Source: Psilocybe cubensis
Taxonomy: Eukaryota
Assembly (NCBI GenBank): GCA_017499595.2
Contig: CM039004.1
Coordinates: forward strand, 3,410,001 to 3,474,000
Length of the DNA: 64,000 nucleotides
Direction of reading: 5' to 3'
The first letter of the stretch is position 1. Every line of letters starts with the position of its first letter. Shown in pieces: positions 13,392-24,152 of the stretch. The translations under genes and the position numbers were made by a program. The notes below the pieces were generated by a model. It was given only the letters and a program-made list of their open reading frames with translations, did not search any database and was not told the DNA's origin.

Positions 13392-13971
13392 TGGTAAAGG
13401 TGAAAGCCAGGTAGCGATTTATTAGAAACTTTGCATTACTTACACGCCATTTCAGGGCTTCGTCTGACTTTTTTAACTACCAGGTAAACCCCCCCTCCAA
13501 AGGGTACCAATTGAAACATTGAATTAATCTACACTCAACTCTCGTCATCCAGAGCTTTACAACCATCTGTGCCGATGTTCTATGGTTTTTGAACTCTGCA
13601 AGATAAGTTTTCAGGCTATGTCTAGACTGGGATTGAAAATGTAAAATAATAATAGAAGACCTTACCGTCATCCATTTGTTCGTTGGCTATCAATGGCTGG
13701 CAGCACCCTAATGTCAACCTTCAGCTTCATTATCCATTTACTAGTCCTTTATTGATTGGGACTTACTTTACCGTCATCCATTCATTCAATTGTTATCCAT
13801 GAGTTGTTTGCAACACTCTTGTCCTCGTTGTCCATTTCCTTGCCTGTTATTGATCAATTATTTTTGCTGACTCGCTGCTTATAAGTTGGGATGAACGCCA
13901 CAAAACTCATCTGCATCACCTTTGACCTGCCCATAGACACCACTATCGCGTTTATCAGCAACTCACAACCA

Positions 13972-14500
13972 ATGGCCAAGGTTAAGCAAAGACGCCGTCG
14001 TACAGATAATTTCAAAGGTCCATCGGTGAGTAGACTTGAGCCTGATTGTTATAAAATGTGATCATTTTTACTAAATTGTCGTTCAAATTTGTAGGCAGTC
14101 ACAATAGAGCCCGGCATTAGACCAGTTACATTGGATACGAAGTCCAAACAAGACAAATTTCTCGCCGATGCTGGCCCATATTATCGCCAGGCCAAGTCTA
14201 AGGGAGAAAAGGAAGAGTTTCTTCACGAAATCAGCCAACTTTGGTTTAGAATTTGGCCGGAGGATCCGTTGAATACGGCAGACATTGATTTTGCACGTCA
14301 CAGACAAAAGAATATTATGAAGGTGAAAGTTGTGTTTATATTTTTGTATGCCGCTAACTAACGTCTATATGTTACAGAAAATCAGAACAAGGCTGTTACT
14401 CCTCGGTGCCTTTGGGATTGTGGAAGGAGATACGTTGTGGAGGGACTTTATTGCTGCCAAAATGCACGAGCTCCATCCTGACAAGCTACCCTCTGTCTGA
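13972..14500 (+). CDS. Small three-exon hypothetical cargo protein
   Basis: ATG at 13972, two GT-AG introns, TGA at 14498-14500. QDKFLAD...EEFLHEISQLWFRIWPE resembles the N-terminus of the 8124-10975 protein. Confidence 0.65.
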
Positions 14501-14575
14501 TCTAGCCACTGTTTTGTTCGGCTTAATGTACCTACTACATAGTGGTCCAGATTTTAAATTTGCACAAATTATACT

Positions 14576-17500
14576 CTAGTGACACTCAACCATTTTGTAT
14601 GCATTACGGCCTTCTGACATGGTCGTCAACTTCTCTGTTACACCATCCCATTGTTTCGCACAACGGTCACCTATATCACGTCGTATATCTGCCTGTTTCT
14701 TTGCATAAGCAATCTTACCAGAATTGATAGCTTGTGCATCTCGGTTAGGTACATCCGTCGAGTCGATGATATCCTGTGCACGAGAATCCCACTGAGCGGC
14801 TTGCCAAGCAAAAAAAGCAATAACACGGCGCATCTCCTCTGCTAATAATACACACTCCTCTTGCCAGCGATGTGCGCGTGCACGGGCTTTGCACCATTCG
14901 ATACGAAGAGCTGGACACTAGCATTTGTTTGCATTCAATTAGGTAAGGTAAAGACAACACACCTGCCTGTGTACACTTTTCGGCGTCTTCGCCCATACCG
15001 TGTACCTTCCATATCCAGGACAGTTTCTTGCGGCCTTCACTTCCAGAGTCGTCCATAGAGCTCAGTCCTCTAACATCAGTGTCCAGCAGTGGACGAAGGA
15101 TATCACGCCACGTGTAGTATACCGTTGGCGTTGAAAGCAAATCAAGAGCTTGATACGCAACATTGTATCGCGCTGTTGCAAATTTAATCTTTTCTTCAAC
15201 AGCTGCGAGCAACGTCAAGCTTCTTGTCTGCATACGCTGTCCTCGTGAGTGTCGCTTTTTTGAGTTTAGCATATGTGAGCGAAGGAGTAAGAAAGCACGG
15301 AGGTTGTTGAGGCAATCTTCAGCCTGGGCATATCGGTACTGCGATTCGCATTTTAGCAATATGTGGGATGAAAATCGGATGGTTTCTGTGTTGTAGGAAG
15401 GCAAATATAGCTTGATATCCTGTACCGCTACTGGTGTCTCAGCCTGCAAGTTTTCGCGCGCACGCAGAGCTGCAACTGCAGGCATATAAAGGTGCTGTAT
15501 ATTTATCCAAGCATCAATGCGTCGTTTTAATGAGTTTGATCGTTCGAGAATTTTAGTCTGTTGGATGTTCGTAGAATGGGCTCCAAGTTTGGAGATGTCA
15601 AGCGCAAGTCGTGCTCTAGTCTTGTTTGTAACCATGTAAAAAATAGCCTATAAACGACGTACTGTGATTCCTCAAGCTGTAAGCCCTGTGATATCAAGAC
15701 ACTCGGAGTTACTTCCTCATGTAAAGTAGTCATCTCTCCGCGTTTTAATGCATCTGAGTCCTCACGAGCTAATTGAAGACGAACATCGGATTCCTTGACA
15801 GAACCTAGCAATGCACCATAAACAATAGAACAAGAATCAGAAAAATACACGTACTATTCTTCGGAATCACATAGGGATTCGGTTGACTGGAGTCCTTTTC
15901 CCATGTCAAACACATCTGGGTCCATTCCGACGTCGATTCTTCTGGCAATGCAGCGTCAAACTCAATGAACGCCTCGACCTGTTCTTGTCGCTCTTGAATA
16001 GCTTCCTTCGCTTTCCGTAAAAATGTTTCAACTAAAGTGCTTGTCAATATATGTGCATAGATTGCAGAATATTACGACGTACCAATCGTGATAATTTTTC
16101 GCCAGTTATAATCTCCAAAATGGTCATCCAATGTGTCGTTCCGAGACCCTGGCCCCATTTCCTTTGTGCTGCTGGCTATACCGTTTGCCGTTGCCCATCC
16201 TCTCTCTGGTGCCTCCCCATCTGTGCGCCCAACTCCCGGAGTATAGTTGAAAGAGAAAGACGTTTGGCATTTCTGAATATGAGCAGCAAGGTGGAATTTT
16301 GGTACGAGGTAGACAATGGAGAGATTTGATGGATCGGAGAGCACATTCTTAGGATATAATTGGCACCTTTTCATGAGATTGATCCACCATTGGCAGGCAA
16401 TGTCGTAGGAGACAACAAGACGGAGTAAAAGTGTGGCTGCGATTGTTGATAAGAAGAAATAATCCATATTAACGTATCTACGGCATCATGTGAGTCATGT
16501 TGACATGCAAGCATGTGACTGAAGACCTTACCTTTCACCCTTTTGTAAGTCTCCTACTGCCACGGGTCGCTTCATGTCGTGTCGACTACATTCGGCTGTA
16601 CCAAGTCCACTTGCTGCTGTCCCATGTCCACCTCGTGAGTTAGCCGATTTGATAGCATCGTGGTTATTGCATGAGCTCTTTTCATCTGCAACTTGACCAT
16701 CGTAGTTTGCCAAGTAGTTTTTGAATTTGCAACTCTCAACCATATAGGCATATCCATGATTAAGCCCAGGGTCTCGCTCATCTGTAGATACGTTCATTCG
16801 CTTCAAACGAAAGTTGGCATCAATAGCTATAAAAAGAGAATAAAGCCATCTATTTTTGGACGTGACAATCAGACCCAATTGCCAGTGGACAACACCAACG
16901 AGTAAAAATTGGTACGTACTGTTCTGATTCTGGCCTCTCCTTCCAATTGTCGGGTAGATTGATGCCCGGGTGGGGACATGCAGGACATAGAACAGCACAT
17001 TCACCCTCTTTAGTCCCATTAACACCGGTCTCAGAGTGACCTCGACCCATCCGTTTGAGGAGACGTACATGACGCCACTCACGTATGATCCTCAAGAAGA
17101 CAGGATATCTGTCCTACATATTGAATATTAAAGATAGCAGGATAATAGAAGAAATGGAAGAGCTCACTGGTGGTGCCTTTGTGCCGGTGTTGTCTGTCAA
17201 CCGTGATAATGTAGAGTAATACTCGTATCCCGAGACCTTCGAGTTAAATGAAAGGAGCTGAAAGTGTTCCAGCACATCAAATGTAGCCGCTGTTTTGGGA
17301 TCGCCTACTGTAGAAGGAAATAAGCGGGCGCGAAGAAGTTGGATGGGCTTGGATGGTGCAGAAGGGCACCCGCAGTAGTCTAAGGCAATTTCATGGATTC
17401 CTGTACGCGCAATGACCACAAATTCGTCGTTGAAAGCTACCATTGGTATAGGACAGTCATCATGTCCCAGCTGCACTCGCATTCCAAGTTTCTTGAGGCT

Positions 17501-18276
17501 GGTCCTGCGAAAGTAATGTCCAGTCCAGACCTGCAAATTTGTCAATAATTCAGTATCATCATAGCCAACCCCACTCGCCTCGATTCTATGAAATGGGTTG
17601 ACCGAATGAGACCGGAGAACACAAGCGAGACACAACAGAGATCCGCTCCAACAGTCTTTGCAGCGAAACGCGCCTGCTTCGAGGTCCGAAATACACCCAA
17701 TTTCAGAGCATTTCTGGAGATTTGCCTGCCCACCAATACCCTCCAGCCGGAGAAACTCTTCAACGTAGGTGTCAATATGCGGAGTCCAGAAGTGGATGGG
17801 ATGTGTCTAATCGAATATGTGAGTGGTAGGTGCTGAAACACACATCTATTAGAGCAGGAAACTGTACGTACCGATTGTGTTTTTCGTTTTTTCTGTGGAA
17901 CCTCTTCTTCAGGATCAGCTTGAACCTTATCTCCAGTCTTCAAGTTTGGCTTGAGATAATTCTTTAGCCCCAATGCCTCCAATTCGCATTCTGCCATTTC
18001 TTCCAACTCAAGATCACCATCAAAAATCCTATACGGAGATTCTTCGCTCAGCACCCAATCAAGTCGAGGAGTAGGCGATTCCACAGAGCCTAGAGGAGGG
18101 GGTGTGGGAAGCATAGGCTGAATTCCTTGCGGCAGCGGCATCCGTATGGTATGGTGCGTGCGTCCATGGTATTCAGTGTGAATGTCGCCAAACGATGCTG
18201 TTTTCGCGTCTCGTTCATCAGGAGAGATATATTCGTCATAATAAACCTTTTTCTTGCGATTCACTCGGCGTTTCAT
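14576..18276 (-). CDS. CxC2-domain KDZ transposase (multi-exon)
   Basis: CxC2 motifs CLACVLRSHSVNPFHRIE, QLGHDDCP, GIHEIALDYCGC, QLLRARLFPST and PKTAATF. KDZ core motifs AIDANFRLKR, CSRHD..GDLQKGER, SYDIACQW, VPKFHLAAH and GRTDGEAPERGWA. Confidence 0.92.
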
Positions 18277-18399
18277 GTTGTAAGTTGAAAGAACCTGCGA
18301 GCTAAGTGTATACACAAAAGAGACAAGGAAGCTTTGAACAGAAACGTCATTTCCAAGGAGACTAGAAGCGGAAACAAGAGGATGTATAACTCATACTGA

Positions 18400-19500
18400 T
18401 ATGGATTATTAGCTCAGAGTGGTTGATGGATATTTTACAAGGAAATGGATAGACTTCAAACATTGATGGACAGTAAGGAAAGGTATCAATGACAGTGAAT
18501 GATGGGAAATGTTACGGGGAACCAAATTAATAAGTGCCTGATCTTCACGGGTGACAAGCGGGATGGATTAACGGGAGGCCATGGATGACAAGGGCATTCA
18601 ATAATCAACGTTGGTATGGATGGAGACTGCGCACTGCACGGGTGTCAAGAGTGATGGATAAGTAGAGGGGCAATGAATGATTAGGGCAATAAATGAGCGC
18701 GATGGATAATGAGAAGAGAAATGGATGTTGAGGGTGATGAATAATGAACGCACATATCGATAGGCGCCTGCACTACGCGGGTGTCAAGCCTGATGGATAA
18801 TCAGAGAAATGGATGTCGAGGGCGATCAATAATGAATGTGGGAATGGATGAGGGGCAGCCTGTGCAATGGTGGAGGGCGATGGATAATAAGAAAGGCAGT
18901 TGATGTCGAGGATGATGAATAATGAACATAGATATCGATAGGCGCCTGCACTGTGCGGGTGTCAAGCCTGATGGATAATCAGAAAGGCAATGGATGTCGA
19001 GGGATATCAATAATGAACGTACATATTGATAGGCACCTGCACTGCGCGGGTGTCAAGCGTGATGGATAATCAGAAGGGCAATGGATGTTGAGGGAGATCA
19101 GGCTGATGGATAATTATATGGGCAACGGATGACAAGGGCAATGAATAATGAACGTACATATCGATAGGCGCCTGCACTGCGCGGGTGTCAAGTGTGATGG
19201 ATAATCGGAAGGGAAATGGATGTCAAGGGAGATCAGGCTGATGGATAATCATATGGGCAACGGATGACAAGGGCAATGGATAATGAACGTACATATCGAT
19301 AGGCGGGTGCACTGCGCGGATGTCCAGCGTGATGGATAATCAGAAGGGCAATGGATGTTGAGGCCCATGGATGACATACTAGTTATGGATTACGAAGGGG
19401 TATGAATGACAGCGTGGGTATTGAATAATGGCTCAGCAGTTTGGGGAATACTATGGATAAAGTTCTAATGTATCTATCATAAAGGCGTTGGATAATTATT
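18400..19500. repeat. Right subterminal repeat array of the KDZ element
   Basis: Many GATGGATAA motifs and multiple copies of ATAATGAACGTACATATCGATAGGCGCCTGCACTGCGCGGGTGTCAAG. Confidence 0.85.
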
Positions 19501-19719
19501 GATGGGGAATGCATTGCCGTGGCTCATATATGAGGTATGCGCAAGGTCTTCTGGAGGTTGATATATAAGAACGACTGCTACGCCTCGTTTTCACGGTCTT
19601 ATAATCCATCGCAGGGTTCACTTTGAGATTGGAAGCTACGAATCGACAGCTAGGGGTTGCATTGAGCAACTTCTTGGTAAGTATATTTTCCATCACAGCT
19701 TTGGAGGTGTTCTAATTTG

Positions 19720-20365
19720 ATTTAGATGCTTCGACACCATATGTCGATTTCCCGCGACCGCCCCCCCGTTGGAAGCTATGTATCGAGTGCTAGGGAAGGG
19801 TATGTACATGTTGGAGGGTTTTGAGTACGCACTGACCTTTTCTGCAACCCCAGATGTTCCGACGCCATGTATCGAATTCCCGCAACCGACCCCGCACATG
19901 TGGAAGCTATGGTAAGTGCACATTGTCAACATGTTCTTTGTGTTGTCTGACCTTGTTTCTGTAGCGCAGGATGCTCCGACGCCATATATCGCTTTCCCGC
20001 AACCCACCCTGTGGATTCATTAGACCTTGAAGCTACGCTGGTAAGCACATTTTGTTGTAGGGTTTTGAATATGGTCTGACCTTGATTTTATAGCTATGAC
20101 GCTATGTAATGCGTTCCCGCGACCCGTCTTGTCTGCTAGGGGCATTGAGGTTGGGGTGTGGTAAGTACGTGGCGTTGCATTGTTCTGGCATTCCCTGACC
20201 TTGACCCTGTAGCTCTGACCCTATGTGTCACGTTCCCGCGACCAGTCTTGTGTGCTAAGGGTGTTTGAGGTTTGAGTCTGGTGCGTACATGACCTTGTAT
20301 TGTTGTGGGTACGTTCTGACGTTGATATTATAGCTGTGACGCTATGTATCGGTTTCCCGCGAGCA
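19720..20365 (+). repeat. Tandem exon-intron repeat array (~110-120 bp units, xTPxIxFPRP-like exon)
   Basis: About six units of AG|..GACGCYATRT..TTCCCGCRAC..|GT...CTGACC..YAG. Confidence 0.7.
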
Positions 20366-22429
20366 GCCTATCACCTCATGTACATCCTCATCTAACCCTT
20401 ACCTTTTGACACGACATCCGCGACCTTGTCCACTGTACACCACGCCTCGTCGTTGTCCCGACACGGCGTATCACCGTCCGGCTTGCACTCGACAGCGAGC
20501 TGACAGTGTGAGGTTGACGCAACCAATGGTGACTTCCTCCTCCCCCGATTCATCGCTTTACGATGTTTCAAACATTTCCATTCACTAAATATCTTATTAT
20601 AGACTACTCGCCTACCAAAGATAACTTGGATTTGGTGCTACAGAACCCAGAAGCCGGCTGCCAGAAGTTTTTAATATCATACAGCGCAGGCTCGTATGAA
20701 CAACGTGGTGTAGATACCGCGGCTGTTTTCTGCATTTCGGCCATTTGAAGGGCATCGGTGTACACAATTGGGTGCTGTGATGTCCGTTGGTTGAAGACTT
20801 GGTGGTGCGTGGTGCAGAGATAATGGTTGAAAATTGGACATGTTCACGCTGAGATGTGAACTCGGGTACATCATATATTTTCTTTGTCTCCGAAGTTCTA
20901 TAGCACTATTAGAGTTTTAAAGGCGCAAAAAAGTATGTAATGTACCTGAATCGGTGTGTCATTAAAGTTGAGTGCGGCTGAGCAAAGTTGAAGGTGTCAA
21001 AAACTGATAAGCGCCCGAATACACTCTCAACGAAATCAAACAAAAATGAAGAAATACCTGAACGTTAAACTCATTTCACATTCTCCCCTGTACAGTTGGC
21101 TACGCAGTACACCATTCGGTACTCGTACCGTGAACAATCACAACAAATTTTTCAAAATTTCCAACTCACGTACATGTCCACATCCTCTCCCTCCCCTAAT
21201 TTGCAATTCCAGCCTGTTTCCAACTTTTCCTTTCGTTACGGGTCTTCTCGGGCACTAGCAGAGACCTGCTCGGATCGGCTACAGTACCGTTACACGACCT
21301 ACAAGGTCAGAAGAAGTGAGGGAAAACGACATCGGCCCCATTGCATTTGGAGGATTCGACGTACGTGGCGAGCCATTCTGCGTCGTTTCCGTGTCTTTCC
21401 TGGATTTTGGAGCTTCTGAGTACGTTGGTTGTGGTGCAGGACTGCCGATTGTGCCCGGATTAATGGTTGGTATGTCGGAAATTTTGTTCTCATCGCGTAC
21501 CGTTGTGCGGAGTCATGATTGGAATGCCCACTTCATTCAAATAACACTTTTACCTAGTGTACGTCTATTTCAATGTAAAGCTGGACTGTCTGTATGACTT
21601 TGGGATTCACTGTGCCCGGTGTGCGATATTCAACTTTACATTGACTATGAACATCAGTTAAGCACCGAGAATGCACATCTTTGCATACAACGCAAATAAC
21701 ACTTTAATCAGAAATCACATGTCTATACTCGGCAACAACGCAACGTCAGCTCTTACCTTTCCACCAGACCACCACGGCCACCCACAACGAGTCTGGACAC
21801 AGGATAAAGCAGCCACACGACAAAGGAAGAGGTTACTTTCCTCCTGTTGCAAGACTTTAGCATTCTACCGGAAATGCGAGCATCAAGCACACGAGTGTGA
21901 GATATTACCCTTCAAATACGTCGAACCAGCTCCTACCGGTTCGTCGCTCTCTTACACCTCTACCCCCACCACCTTTTGCATCAGCTCATTTGCCTTTTTC
22001 CCAATCTCTTATCATACTCCCTCGCACTTGCGGTAGATATCAACCTAGCAAGCGTCAGATTAACTAGCAAGCACCGCTCGAAATGTGAGAGAGTTTAGGA
22101 TTTCAGTACAGTCGGCGCCTCGTAGATGTTCAAATTGTCTGAACTCAAGTGCCACGTCATTGTATTTTGCGTAGTTTTTGTGCAATGTATCCATTTCAAC
22201 GCAGTTCTTTCGACACCCCTTGGCAGAAAAAAGGATAAAGAGGGAGTACATTTGCTGAATTCCAGCCGTGCATTATGCCCTGATGCTGGGGGAATGTTCC
22301 ACCACCGCTATCCGTTGTTTGGCCATGCCAAACATGGACACTGCCATCGCATCACACTTTGACTATGAACCACCACCATGGGTAAGTTTTTCAGTCGTCA
22401 TCAGAGTTCCACGGTACTGACCATGCATT

Positions 22430-23260
22430 TCAGGGTTCGATTTGAGATTTGGACGGCCGGTGAACATTGAGCAAAAAGGCTTGGTGACTGAAAGGTATGT
22501 AGTTTACATCTGGTGTTGATCACTGTACTGACTTTTGCATTTGTGTGGACAGCTGGTGTCGTATTGAGGGTGACTTGTTGGTAAGCACATCACTTTGCAG
22601 GGTTTGGGAGTTGTTCTGACCTTTTTTTTCAGCCCAGAATGCTCAGAGGCAATGTATCGACTTCCCGCGAGCGGTCCATCGGGTCTTTTAAAGACTGAAT
22701 ACTCCGACACGACATATTGATTTCCCGGGAGTTGCCCATCTACTCGACTTGTACATTGAGATATGGCAAGTACATTGACTTTGAGTGCTCTGGTCACTTT
22801 CTGATGTTTACTTTATAGTCTGAGTACTCCGACGCAACATATCGACTTCCCGCGAGCTGCCGACTTACCCAACTTGTACATCGAGTGGTAAGTAAGTTGA
22901 CTTTGAGTGCTCTGGTCACTTTCTGACGTTTACTTTATAGTCTGAATACTCCGGCGCAACGTATCGACTTCCCGCGAGCGGTCCATCTGCTATTTTATAG
23001 CTCCGACGCAATGTATCAATTTCCCGCAAACCGCCATCTACCCAACTTGTATATCAAAATATGGTAAGTGCTTTGGGCACATTCTGACCTTTATTCCATA
23101 GTCTGAATGCTCGGACGCAATGTATCGACTTCCCGCGAGGTGACCTGTTAGAAGACATTCAAGGAGAGTTGGTAAGTACGTCAATTCGAGGTATTTTTCA
23201 TGCGTTCTGACCTCGTTTGTGTAGCCAGAGTGCTTTGACGCGACATATCGACTTCAAGGC
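22430..23260 (+). repeat. Second tandem exon-intron repeat array, ending at telomeric repeats
   Basis: Same TATCGACTTCCCGCGA core with GTAAGT donors and TTCTGAC branch sites; stops just before (TTTAGGG)n at 23281. Confidence 0.7.
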
Positions 23261-23280
23261 CGTCCGATGAGCCAGAATAA

Positions 23281-23312
23281 AGGGTTTAGGGTTTAGGGTT
23301 TAGGGTTTAGGG
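23281..23312 (+). repeat. Interstitial telomeric repeats (TTTAGGG)4; attachment site of retroelement copy 1
   Basis: AGGG(TTTAGGG)4 read directly. Confidence 0.95.
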
Positions 23313-23378
23313 TGGGAGCGAGCACCGAGCGAAGCGAGGTGCGAGCGACTTGTTTAAACTGTGAGTTAAATGGAAAGA

Positions 23379-23443
23379 AGCCAGAGGGCTGTTTGGGGGT
23401 ACAAACGGCCAGCCCTTTCGTCTTTATAGACTCTTCAGTGGCT
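23379..23443 (-). ncRNA. Type I hammerhead ribozyme (copy 1)
   Basis: Minus strand: AGCCA CUGAAGA GUC-UAUAAA-GAC GAAA GGGCUG-loop-CAGCCC UC^UGGCU. The complete core and three stems are present; the predicted cut is between 23384 and 23383. Confidence 0.9.
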
Positions 23444-23978
23444 ATTCTTAGAAGGAATGTTCTGGAACATCCGATGACAGCGCGTGAAGTGATGCTGCGC
23501 AGCTGTCATGTATCTTACCGACTATCACAAATCTGTCAATGTTTATTGTCAAGTTAGACAGGTCTCTGATGAACAGAGTGTCACGGGTCAATGTGGCACA
23601 TGGTAACCTGTCAAAAGTGGATCCAACACTTTTGTTCTTTGACATCGTGGGTTATTGACTGTGATGTGAATCACATGGATATAGAGTACTCTGGTTACGT
23701 GGCTCCGAGTAACCGCGACATGGGAATATTCACATGTCTAGAGTATAAATAGCTTACCTAAGTCCTTACCTAACAATCAATTGATTGATTGTTGTGAATC
23801 TTAATTGGACAGTTCATGATCCGGTCCATCAAAAATGTTTCCACGGTACTAAGGAACTTTTCCCGAAGTACTAAGTAACTTTTCCCATGTACTAAATTAG
23901 ATCCGGCCCTTCACAATCACATGCCGTTCGGAAGTTCACACGCCTACCTTACTTCCTACTAAGGTTAGACTTAGTTAG

Positions 23979-24040
23979 CTTAGGGTTGGGGTTAGGTTAG
24001 GGCTTAGGGTTTAGGGTTTAGGGTTTAGGTTTAGGTTTAG
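23979..24040 (+). repeat. Telomere-like tract inside the retroelement 3' UTR
   Basis: TTAGGGTTGGGGTTAGGTTAGGGCTTAGGG(TTTAGGG)2TTTAGG; also at ~28397, ~29857 and ~62383. Confidence 0.9.
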
Positions 24041-24152
24041 CTATTTAATCCAATGTGTTGCTTGTAAGTAGATGTTTGTTACTTTATAGCAAGGAATACT
24101 TACGGTTAGGGTTTTTTTCTAATGCTTTACGCCTTACGCGCTAGTATTCTTT

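Larger units (their letters stand above)
7363..19521 (-). mobile_element. KDZ (Kyakuja-Dileera-Zisupton) DNA transposon with cargo genes, ~12.2 kb
   Basis: Contains a KDZ transposase. TTATCCA arrays on the left are inverted relative to TGGATAA arrays on the right. Candidate termini are CATGGCA (7363) and TGCCGTG (19521), flanked by GCTCCATA / GCTCATA. Exact ends are tentative. Confidence 0.7.

Noticed and set aside
7363-19521. TET/JBP dioxygenase expected near a KDZ transposase
   Set aside because: I found no HxD...H...R 2-oxoglutarate dioxygenase pattern in the cargo ORFs.
23567-23575. Plus-strand CTGATGA as a second hammerhead core
   Set aside because: No correctly placed GAAA follows; it is part of a simple hairpin.
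23312-23645. Short ORFs repeated in each retroelement 3' UTR
   Set aside because: They overlap the ribozyme and hairpins, and one lacks an ATG; conservation is explained by repeat identity.
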